A stretch of 64,000 nt of DNA from Anthoceros angustus (Eukaryota; Plantae; Anthocerotophyta): assembly GCA_010909165.1 (NCBI GenBank), contig MU008185.1, positions 682,001 through 746,000 of the forward strand, written 5' to 3'. Within the stretch, counting starts at the first letter, position 1; the number at the start of each line of letters is the position of its first letter. A program made the translations under genes and the position numbers. Positions 48,303 to 60,890 of the stretch are shown piece after piece. The notes beneath the pieces were generated by a model that searched no databases, was not told where the DNA came from, and worked only from the letters and a program-made list of their open reading frames with translations.

Positions 48303-48880
48303 ATGGGAGGTGTGCAATCCGGGGACAGGATCGCCAGTCGATTCTCGGACTCCATGTGCTACACACACTACGCAGCCTCACTGAAATGTAAGTATGTTCA
48401 CCCCCTTGGTTTCCTGCGGCTCTCGTTTTTGAGTGTCATGAGGTTTCTCACGCTTGTAGACGGTCGAGTGAGGGACTTTCCGATGGCCCTTGCTCAGCAG
48501 CAACTGTAAGCAACAGGAATGGGATGTGGTCTCGGTCATGATATTTCTGACTGGCTACGACATACAAGCCTAACAGCGCACACCGTGAGTTTCGTGTACG
48601 GGCGTGACCTTTTTTGACATCGCTCGATATACTGATTTATGCACTCAGGTTTGGAGGAACACCCCTCTGACAAGAGCAAGTGCAAAGTTCAGATCGATGC
48701 GTACAAGGAGTGCAAAAAGCACGAGGTCTTAGTGAAGCAGACAACTTTTCTCTTATGTGTTGATCGGAAAAGCCTTCAGCTCCGCAACGCGTGCCATGTT
48801 CAACTTGTTCTCATCGTGTTACTCCTGTCTATGTTCAGAGAGAATTACGATTGGAAGCCAATCGCACGGGAAAGCGGTGA
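48303..48880 (+). CDS. COX23: Twin CX9C mitochondrial intermembrane-space protein, COX23/CHCHD7-like (67 aa, exons 48303-48387, 48649-48725, 48839-48880)
   Basis: Spliced product ...RFSDSMCYTHYAASLKCLEEHPSDKSKCKVQIDAYKECKKHERELRLEANRTGKR*, with C-x9-C-x10-C-x9-C. Confidence 0.85.
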
Positions 48881-48963
48881 ACGAGCCCTCATTTAGGTAG
48901 CGGTGGGTGCGGTCCTCAGCCTTGCCTGATCACTCGATGAAGTTGTTAGTCACCTAGCACGTG

Positions 48964-51018
48964 ATGAAGAAGGTCAAACGGGAGCAGAAACCATTGGCCC
49001 CCCCGGCAAATGGGGAGCTGTCGGAGGAAGATGAAGAGCAACCAATTTTTTCTGGAAGAGCGTTCCAGTCCACAGTACGGCCAGCAAAGTCGATAGTTAA
49101 ACAGGGTGATCGGGAGGAGAACTTCAAGGATGGTCAGGAGGAGAACTTCAAGGATGTTGCCAGATTTGAAGATCTCGGCGTGGCCGAGTGGCTCGCAAAG
49201 ACTTGCATGGAGATGGGAATGAAGAGGCCCACACCTGTACAGCAGGCTTGTGTACCACAGATTCTAGCAGGGAGGGATTGTCTGGGCATGGCGCAAACTG
49301 GTAGTGGCAAGACTGCTGCCTTTGCGCTCCCTATTCTGCAGCTACTGGCGCACAACACCTACGGAGTTTTTGCACTGGTTCTCACTCCTACCAGGGAACT
49401 TGCGTTTCAGATCGCAGAACAGTTTCGGGTGCTGGGCTCAGGTATCCACCTGAGGTGTGCAGTGGTAATTGGGGGCATGGGCATGTTGGAGCAGTGTAAG
49501 GCTCTGATGCTAAGGCCTCATGTTGTTATAGCCACTCCCGGCCGCCTGAATGATATTCTTGCAAGTAATCCGGGCATCAGTGAAGTATTTTCCAGGGCCA
49601 AGGTATGAATGACCCTTCCTTGGTCATAGGATTTACTTGAAGCCCCACTATTCCATAGATATGGCAGGTGTTGCCCCGTTTTTAAGCACTGTTCTCTGGA
49701 TGCAGTTTTTGGTTTTTGATGAGGCAGATCGCCTTTTAGATGTGGGGTTTGAAGAGGAGATACGGGGAGTTCTTAGCGTTGTTCCGGTGGACCGGCAAAC
49801 ACTGCTTTTTTCTGCAACCATGACGAGCAACTTGGAGGCACTTCAAGATCTTTCGTTGAACAAGGCATTTGTGTATCAGGCGTATGAGGGGTTGAAGACA
49901 GTAGAGACTTTGGAACAAAAGTACCTCTTTATCCCCGCAAATGTGAAGGAGGTTTACCTTGCACATTTGCTGTCCACGTTGGAAGAACAAGATGTGCGCT
50001 CCGTAATGATCTTTGTTTCTAGCTGCAGGTGCCTTTCTGAGAGCTTTCTAAACACCCCCTTTGTTTTGAACTTGTATTAGGCAAGCTGATTTGCAAGGCG
50101 TTGCATCTGTTCTCTTGGCTGCTGCTAGTCTATGTATAGGCAAATGAGTCGACATTTGCATGCAAACTGATATGCCTGAAAGTGACTCGTGGTAAATGTA
50201 GGACTTGCCATCTTCTCAGTTTGATCCTGGAAGAACTTGGGATTGACGCTGTAGCGATGCACTCTATGAAAGCTCAATCTCATCGGTTGGCTGCGCTAAA
50301 GCGGTTCAAATCGAGTCAAGTCTCGATATTAATTGCCACGGATGTTGCAAGCAGAGGACTTGACATCCCTACAGTTGATTTCGTCATCAATTATGACATC
50401 CCCAGGTAGTCATGCTAACCTTTTCAACGACTGCTCAGAAGTGGAATTGTAGTGCTGTCAGTTTGTTTGAGTTGAGTTTCCCGTTTTATGTAACTGCATT
50501 CTGTTTCTAGCAGATATGCTCGTGACTATGTGCATCGAGTGGGTCGAACAGCTCGAGCTGGCAGAGGTGGACGTGCTGTGAGCTTGATAACTCAGGTTTT
50601 TGCTTCTGCTCTCTTCTGAAGGCTTAAGTCAGTCTGTGGGCCACTGAATGTACAAAAGCTTCCTGGGTATTCATGGCACAGTGGTTGTCCTCCTTATTTG
50701 CAGTACGATGTGGAGCTCATTCACGAGATAGAAGCTCTTATTGGGAAGAAGCTTGAGGAGTGGGAGCTTGATGAAGATATTGTACTCAAGGGGATAACAA
50801 AGGTGAGTGTATCTGCAGTCTATGAAATATAATTTGACTTTGACATTCGTGCTCGTTATTTAGAGGTTCTCTGGTGCTCTTGTTAGGTGTACAAAGCAAA
50901 ACGAGCAGCCGCCATGGCTTTAGGTGATAGTGGCTTTGAAGATAAATTGAAGGCTCGAAAAAAGGAGAAAAAGAGGTTACCTGAAAATTCTGGATCTCTG
51001 AAGAGAGTCAGGTCTTAG
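48964..51018 (+). CDS. RH36: DEAD-box RNA helicase RH36 (DDX49/Dbp8 orthologue), multi-exon
   Basis: Q motif FEDLG...[58 protein letters not shown]-terminal VYKAKR. Confidence 0.94.
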
Positions 51019-52011
51019 TCTGGAGTTTGAATTTTTGGTCTGTCATGACTTGGAATAATAGCATGACAACATATCCGCTACCTGCATACAGGTAGTCTTG
51101 TTGTAATTCGCAGTCTCTCGAGCAGTAGGGAATGTGTCTTACCTTTTCTTTTTTTGCCTGCTTGAGAAAAAGGCCCGGTCCTTTAAATTTACATCTTCCC
51201 AAGGAAGTTTTCCCTCTTGGTTTTAGGATGCTAAGTGCTATTAAGATTTGTGCAAGGTTCTTTCAAGCTCTACTCCCATTGGAGTGGGGCAAGATGTGAC
51301 AACGTATCTATCCATCCGATTCTAACCTGCTGGGACCTGCAATTTGGAGACTACTGTGCTGTCAGTTGTAGGCTTCTCATTATTCTTGGAGGCCGTGAGT
51401 TGCGCCTTTGAAACTTGAGTCTCACAAATTTCCATCTACTGTGATGACTGATCAACACAGTGTCCTACGTCTGCGAGCATATTGCCAGTCAAGTCGGGTG
51501 GTGCACGATTTTGTGAACTGCTGTCCTCGTGGTTCATCTTCTAGCTGGCGACATGTTCGCTGAGATGATTTTGACCAACTTCATCGTTTTCGTATGACTG
51601 AAGTGTGACCTTTCTTGTACGTGTGGTGCATTCTACGCTGACGTTAACTTCGGCATTGTTAGTGAAGCTTATGACTTTGCCCCTTAGGAGTTTTGGCCTG
51701 ATAACTGCTTGGTTCCTATGTAGTCGACTGCAGTCAGTCACATCACCAGGTTGTGTCATAGTCGCCCGCATCGTTGGACGTTGAGTTGTTCTGGATTCAC
51801 GTCTCCCACTTGTCAAGTGACTTGGCACATCGCCTTAAGGGTCGCACGGTTTGGAGTCAGACGAGCCTGCATTACGCACTTGTATTCACGTGAACCGTTT
51901 GCAGCTTCAGGCCTTATATGTACATATGTACATAGATGTCTTCCCTTAGAACACTCGCTTCCCTTGGCCTCATCTCCTCTTCGCAATAGATCATGTTAGA
52001 AAGAATAGATC

Positions 52012-53796
<1,785 letters not shown>

Positions 53797-53811
53797 TCCT
53801 TCCTCGCATCC

Positions 53812-53885
53812 GCTCTGATAGCTCAGTTGGTTAGAGCACCCGTTTAGTAAGCGGGAGGTCCTGAGTTCAACTCTCAGTTAGAGCA
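53812..53885 (+). tRNA. trnT-AGU: tRNA-Thr, anticodon AGT
   Basis: 74-nt cloverleaf: acceptor GCTCTGA/TTAGAGC, D arm GCTC/GAGC, anticodon arm CCCGT-TTAGTAA-GCGGG, T arm CTGAG-TTCAACT-CTCAG. Confidence 0.96.
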
Positions 53886-54094
53886 TGCTACCCTCATCTG
53901 GTTTGAGGTTTTGGTCGTGAACATGACGTCAAAGCCCTGAACTTTCTTCCGGGTGATGTCAAGTTTTGCAGGAGTCTCCTATGATGGTTTCTTGTGTTGT
54001 TTGCTCATATTTTTTGCTATATTAAAAATGTTTGCAGTGGTACGTCTCCTATGATAGTTTCATTTTTGGCTACATTAAGAATGTTTGCAGTTAT

Positions 54095-54253
54095 ACAAGC
54101 TTATGTAAGAGCTGTTTGGTCGAGAACTCTACGGGCTATCTTAGGAAACAAGCTTATGTAAGAGCTGTGTGGCCGAGAACTCTGCGGGCTATCTTAGGAA
54201 ACAAGCTTATGTAAGAGCTGCATGGCCGAGAACTCCGTGGGCTATCTTAGGAA
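54095..54253 (+). repeat. 53-bp tandem repeat x3
   Basis: ACAAGCTTATGTAAGAGCTG..TGGCCGAGAACTC..GGGCTATCTTAGGAA repeated three times. Confidence 0.92.
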
Positions 54254-54384
54254 TGTTTGCACTTACTTTACGAGCTTATGCGTTGTTTGTCCTCTTAAAT
54301 ATACAATATGGTATACTAAAGAGGAATTTTGAATGAGCTGTGTGGCGGAGAACGGTGTGGGCGATCGGAGCATAGTGTGCGAGA

Positions 54385-54510
54385 TGGGTTCGTGAATCGT
54401 TACGGCGTAATGGGGGTCGTGAATCATTATGGTGTGAATGGGGTTGTGAATCATTGTCAAAGGTGCAAACGGGGTCGTGAATTGTTACGGCGTAAATCTG
54501 TTACGGCCTA
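54385..54510 (+). repeat. ~29-bp degenerate tandem repeat x4 (GGGGTCGTGAATCATTACGGCGTAA)
   Basis: Directly visible. Confidence 0.75.
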
Positions 54511-54721
54511 ATATAAAATATCGAGAAGTAGTTGCCACTTTGGGCACACATTGTATGGGAATCACAAGAATTTTTTATCACGATTTTGAGACTTAATAGA
54601 TATACTCACTAGCTTACTTATGGAGTCCCGAACAGGGACGACGGCGGGCGAGGAAATTGAAAGCATTGCACATAGGTGATATGATATATTTCGTGGAATG
54701 GGCTTCACATAAATGAGTTTC

Positions 54722-57700
54722 TGAAATCTAAATAGGCCGATGTCTCTTCCTGGGGGCCAGGTATTTATGTAGGGGTCCGGACCCTATCTGTTCCAAACAG
54801 GCAATTAACCTACGCACTCTGGATATTTTCTGCGTCACCAACTAGACATGCCATCGTGGCTAGACGCGGCAGCCTGCTCCTGATGTAAGCATGCCTTATT
54901 ATCCTGACTAATAATCTAAATAATCTAATTATCAGTATTATCTTAACGAGTATATAATTATTTGATTTACATAATTGCTATTCCCTTTGGATCTCGTCGG
55001 GTGGGGGGGAGGGGTGGGAACTTCGACCCGAAGTTCAGGGTGCGGTTGCAAATATCGTTTAGGAATAAGAGGGCACTGATGCAGATGATTGTGAGGCTCC
55101 CATGTTGCATCTGAATCCGAGTAATCTTTCCGTAACACCAGAAACTGATCTTGATTGCAGCGTTGCTGATATCCAATGATGTCTTACACTTCAAACTACG
55201 GATGAGCATCGAACAAGTCCGGGGGAGGACGTTCAAGGGGGTTCCCTCAATAAAACTTCAAAAGTGCAGTGTGGAAGATGTTGTGGACGTGACAAGTCAG
55301 AGGAAGAGCCAATTGATCGGCAGCAAGGTTGATCATCTTGGAAACCTAGAGGGGCCTACCCATTGGTGGCTGAGTCTAAGCACCCCATGGGTGAGGGGCA
55401 GATTGCGTGTGTTCCAATGGACCCAGTTCCTTCGTTGAAAACTTGAGATCGATGTCTGGCACCATGCACCTGTTTCTGTCTATTCTTAGCTGCCAGCATT
55501 GCTTGCCGTGCTTGTCATTGAATGGTGACATGGCGTGATGATACGTCTTTGCAGCTGGGGCTTGCAGCACATGTATTGATCCTGATAAAGTGAGGGTGTT
55601 TGCCACTATGGAGAAAAAAAGGGGGGGTGGCCTATACCCTGTCGGCTATCATTGATGGCAAATTCTACTAGGAAAAGGTATTGCTCCCAGGTGGCCTGAT
55701 GTTGATGCACGTAAGCTCGTAGAGTGGTTTCCACCACCTAGTTAGCTTTCTCAGCCAATCCATTTGTCTGGGGATGGTAAGCTGAGGAGTAATTGAGCTT
55801 GGTGCCGAGGCCCTTGTGCATTTCTACCCAAAATCGATTGAGGAAATGAGGGTCGCGATTTGTAACAATCAAGCAACCCATGCAACTTAATTGTAGACAT
55901 GCTGTAAATACAAGGCAGCAGCCTGAGGGGCATCACATATGATATTCATGGGAGCTAAATGCACCATTTGTGTAAACCTATCAATAAAAACCAGGATGGC
56001 ATCATGGGCATTTGTAGATATTGGCTGACCTGTAATAAAATCCATGTGGACATATTCCCAAGGGGAGACTGTAGCCAACACGATAATATTTGAAGCGGCT
56101 GAATATACAAAGCCGCTTTCAGAAACCGCGGACCAATTTTAGATTCGCTGTACACTCCCAAAACCCGTGATTCTTAATGTTCTCGGTTTATGCATTTGGG
56201 TCTTGTTACTGCCTCGTCGCGGTTTGGTCCGTTTGGACAAAATTTTGCCTCTAGGTATGGTGCATGGCGCATGTGTGTGAGCGCCAGCATGCCGGTGCCC
56301 TAAAAGAAACTCAACTTAACTAGTATAAAAACTACAACTTGGATCTTGAACTCGGGACCTATGATTCTTAGCCGAGTTTTTTACCACTTTACCAACTTTA
56401 TGAGACAACAAAACTTTATGATACGGAAATAATGTATATTAATGAAGGTGCCAATGTGCTAGCACCCTATGCTCTTATGCTCCCTCCAGAGGGCGCCGGC
56501 ATGCCGGCGTCCTTAAATAGGTTTTCTATGAGCGTCGGGGTGCCTGCGTCCGCATTAACACTAGAGCTACAACCACTTGTCATGCACCCATGCACATTAT
56601 GACTTACATATATTAGGCCATGCGTCGCTTCGTTGCGCAAGAGAATGAGAAAAAACACACCACTTTTCACACTTCCGATCACGCGCAGCCTTGGTCGCTC
56701 ACAAAGATGGTGTCCAACACACAAAAAAACGTATTCAATTGGTATGACTCCATAGAAAGATAGTCGCGGCCTACACTGAGCTCGGAAATAGGGAAGAAAC
56801 TTGGCCGTGTCATGTCTCTCTTCACCGTTCCGATTCAAGTAAAATTTGCGATCATGAATATTAGGGCATGGGTAATTTCAAATAGCGTGCTTAGAAAACC
56901 GTTGAAATTTGAAAATAATTTCCATGATTTTGAGTTCAAGACTAAGAATTATTAGAATAAGATAATTTTAAACCAAACCAGTTATCTATCACCTTTACAA
57001 CACAAACTATGCTCTCATTTCAATCCATATTACCTGCATATTACCTGTTCCCTACACAATAGGAAAAGTTTACCTTTAAAGGGCGCCGGCATGCCGGCGC
57101 CTTAAAAGAAAACTTGAACCCAAATCCTCTTACTTCTAACTCTTAAGTCTTACCACTTGGTTAACTTTCCTACATGCAAATAAAACTATAGCACAAACTA
57201 TATGTTCAAATGAGGGCGCCGGCATCATTCTTCTTCTTCTTCTTTTTCTTCATGCCCTTATGCTCCCCCATGCTCCTTGTTTTTGATAGCCAGTCCGGAG
57301 AAGCCATCACGGTTCAGGTGGTTTCTTAGCCACTACCTAGGGTGTCTGACCGACGTTGAGCAGTCCGGAGAAGCTATTACGGTTCAGGTAGTTTCTCGAG
57401 AAGGAGGCGTTTGTCGGCGTCCGATCATTGCCAAAGGCCATGAATCTTGGGCGCCGGCATGCTGGCGCCCAAGGCACGTAGCCTTTGGGCATGACTTGGG
57501 CGCCGGCATGTCGGCGCCTAGGTGTGTCACTTACGGCGTGTTTAGGGTCTTCACACCCTCGATTGTTGTGCACAACGACATCGACCGTGTCTGGATTCGA
57601 TGTATAGCGCGAATATAGAAATAGCCGTATGCATTCCCTTCGATGCTGCTGCAGAGATGGTCGCCCATGTTCATTCACTTTTGTTTAACAAATGGCACGC

Positions 57701-58697
57701 ACTAACAACATGGGCATCATTTCCATTGAAAACAATAGTCTACCTGTAGGTCGAACCCTTCATCTACCACTGTGGGCCGCTAAAAGATATAAAATTCTCT
57801 ACGACACCCTAATTGTGTGCCCTCTTTTGCAGGGTATGCTTAAATACGCATTTCAATGCCCATCGAAAACCCCGTTTCGCGTATATTCACGTCAAAAGCC
57901 GCTTGATGTATATTCAGCCGCTTCAAATATTATGCTGTTATCTTCCCTGTTCCACTCGTCCTAGGGACCCTTGCTTGCTAGATGTTGACTTTCTTGGTCG
58001 ACCTGTAAAGCTGCCTTTATCTCCTGAGTCCAATCTTAAGCGATATAGAATTGTCCATGTATGGTGCATGTGATTCTACTAAGAGCGTCTGCCACTCAAT
58101 TGTCCTTACTTGCCTTATGCTTGACAATGAAATGAAGCTGCTGGAAGAAGTCCAACCATCCCGTCAGTTTCTTGGATAACAGGGGTTGGATCTGTAAATA
58201 ACATTAGGGACTATGACCAGTTTCCAGCTCAAAAGTAGTGCCTTCCAAGTAACATCGCCAGTCAGAACCTGCCCCAGGGCCTCTTTTTCATGTGTAGAGC
58301 AGCTCAACTCAGCTGCTTTCAATTTTTTGCTAAAATATGCTACGGGCTATAGTCTCCGACCTTGGTCTTGCTGCAAATCCACGCCTACCGCAAAATCAGA
58401 TGCATCTGTAGCAACAACAAAAGGCAGCTCTAACTGGGGGTGAGCCAGGACAGGTGCTTCCTGTAGTCTTGCTTCAAGTGTGTCAAAACACTTTGGCATT
58501 TATCTCCCTTCAGCAAGTTGGTCAGGGGTACAATCATCTCAGCAAATGCTGAGATGAACCGTATGTAATAAGAAGCAAGTCCTAAAAAAGATTGCACCTA
58601 GGAGATAATTAGGGTCGTTGGCCATTCTTTAATAGCCCTCACCTTGGCAGGGTCCATCTTCACTCCCTCAGGCCCCATGATATGACCCAAGTACTTA
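54722..58697 (-). mobile_element. Second degenerate chromovirus-type Ty3/gypsy remnant (RT end/RNaseH ~58130-58697; integrase ~55200-56080; chromodomain ~55000-55200; putative LTR ~54722-54970)
   Basis: KYLGHIMGPEGVKMDP.KV, FVVATDASDFAVG, SPWEYVHMDFI...VFIDRFT.MVHL, FLVL.KDYSDSDATWEP..L..CP. Confidence 0.82.
56083..57933. mobile_element. 1.85-kb insert bounded by perfect 27-bp inverted repeats; probable non-autonomous DNA transposon
   Basis: 56083-56109 ATAATATTTGAAGCGGCTGAATATACA is the exact reverse complement of 57907-57933. Six internal GGCGCCGGCATGCCGGCGCC-type palindromes or half-sites. Confidence 0.6.
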
Positions 58698-60890
58698 TGG
58701 GAAATAGTAAACTAGCATTAACCTGCCGGTTATGCCAGTATTAGGGGTAGTTTGGATGGTTCTTAAACTGCTAGGCAGTTATCTCACTATCTTGTATACA
58801 TAGTCACTTTGTTCTCTTTCTTGAGTTAATGCAAGCATCTTTCGATCACCGTGCTCTCTCCAATTTGCTTCCTGGTCCACCGCCTGCAGCAATGTCCCTA
58901 GCCAAAGGAAGCTAGTCCCAAGTTCTTTATGGTATCAGAGATAAGAATGATCTTAGGATGCATTCTGCAGGATCGGACCATGGGATCGGTGAGCGCGCGC
59001 ATCACACTGGATTGAATCGGCGGCAAAATGTCTAGAGGGAAACATGGTGGAGCATACATGTGGCCCTTCTTGTGAGCAGCTTGCGCATGACCTCTCCTTT
59101 GCCCAGTGCGGCGAAAGTGGGCGCCCTATCCCTGCCGCGTCGGATTGATAAGATCACCACCTTACTCAACACCCAGTATCTTCCTGGTGGGATCGCCGGA
59201 GTAGCGAAGAAGTTTCTCTCAGCACAGCAGGCATCAGTGGTTACGGTGGGTGAGACAAGTGAAAGCGAGGCAGTCCTTCAACAACAGCTTGCTTCGCTCC
59301 AGAAGCTTGTGCAGGAACAGGTAGACCTCATCAAGAAATTGTCAAGAAGCATCATGATCCTGGATTGCATCTGCAACGAGTTTGAAAAGAAGACTGACCT
59401 CTGCCTTGCATTAGGCAGTGGGAGCCATCCTCATTGATTTCATCTGTCTGTAAGTCTATATAAGAAGGTTCGGACTCTGATTCAGATGATGGAGTTTACA
59501 ATTTGTCTTTTATGTTTTCCGAGCCTGTAGTCTATTCGAATTTAGAGAAAAGGATAGATCTAATGGTACTGACTACCAATATGGTCTTTGAGACTAACAC
59601 AAATTATGGAGGAGAATGAGATTATGTCTGTGGTTAACAGTATAGACCCAAAGGTAACAGTACCTCCTCGATCAGCTGATGAAATCCTAGCCTAGGAGTA
59701 TACGGACAGAGGGGCTAGATCGATTCTCATATCCTCTCTTGACAGAACGATGTTGTCACATACTATTGGTGCATTCACCTCTTGATGTGTGGAACGTGTT
59801 TAAGCTTATTTATCATGACAATAGCTCAGCATCTTTGGTGCATGCTTTTCGAGACTTTTTCAATTTGAGGATGAAGAAAGGCAAGCCTGTTGAGGCATAT
59901 ATCAACAAGTACCGAACTCATAGAGCCAATCTGGCGTGTTGTGGTACAGTGCTCACTAAGGTGCAAGCTGCAGTCAGTCTGTTGGCTTCTCTCCCAGAGA
60001 GCTATCAACACTTTGTTGGAAGTCAGACCGCCACAATACATGCGTGATTAAAATTTTAAGCTGGCAAGGCAATACCTCATTTGTCTCTTGAAGAAGTTAT
60101 TGGTGCACTTCTGGCTGAGGAACGTGCATACCATTTTCACAAGATACGAGGAACTTCATTAAGCAACTTAAGAGTCCCTTTTGCCTCAAGAGGCCGAGGT
60201 GGATACCGTGGTAGAGGTAGAGGACGTGGATTCCCTACCTCTAGAGTCCAACGACCCAACTCACAGAAGAAGTCTTTTGCATCCAACTAGTGCAAGATTC
60301 CTGGTCATTTCAAAAGAGACTGTTGAAAGAAGAAGGCAGGAGAACCTCGTCGGGAAACTCCCCATTGAAAGCAACATGTTTATCATAAAAGCTAAGTAGC
60401 CCACCATTTTAGCAGTTTGCCTTTCCTCAGCTCAAGTTTCATATGATATCTGGTTTTGGATTCTGGGGCAACTAGACAAATTTGTTTTCATAAGACTTTC
60501 ATTCATTTCATTCCAGCAACTGACAAAGAACAGTTTGTGTTTTTGGGTGATGATCGCGGGCTTTCTATTAAGGGATCTGGATATGTCACAGTTCAAATGC
60601 CGGGGTTAGGTTAACTCACTTTATCTGGTGTCATGTTTGTCCCAGCCATGACCAAGAATCTCATGTCGGTCATGAGCATTGTTAAGTGTGTTTCGACACA
60701 CAAGGGTGTATCATTTCATCTGTAAGTACGTACTGGTTTGAATCTTTTTACTGGCACACCCTTTAACGAGTGGTATCTCTTAGATGTCAGGTCAACACCT
60801 GGTCAGGGAGCATCTGCACATCCCGCACACAATCAGTCACCCAGCTTTGGCACTATCGGCTCAGCCATGTTAACTTCCAGAAACTGTCTT
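58698..60890 (+). mobile_element. 5'-half Ty1/copia element (LTR ~58698-58930, PBS, gag, zinc knuckle, protease, start of gag-pre-integrase), truncated
   Basis: PBS tggtatcagag at ~58931; UBN2-type gag (FFNLRMKKGKPVEAYI, LLASLPESY), CKIPGHFKRDC, W..DSGAT, QLWHYRLSHVN, then an abrupt junction. Confidence 0.85.

Noticed and set aside
51432-51568. Possible C/D-box snoRNA (GTGATGA...CTGA with short terminal complementarity)
   Set aside because: Stem-to-box spacing is non-canonical and no rRNA-complementary guide was recognised; a snoscan or Infernal search would be needed.
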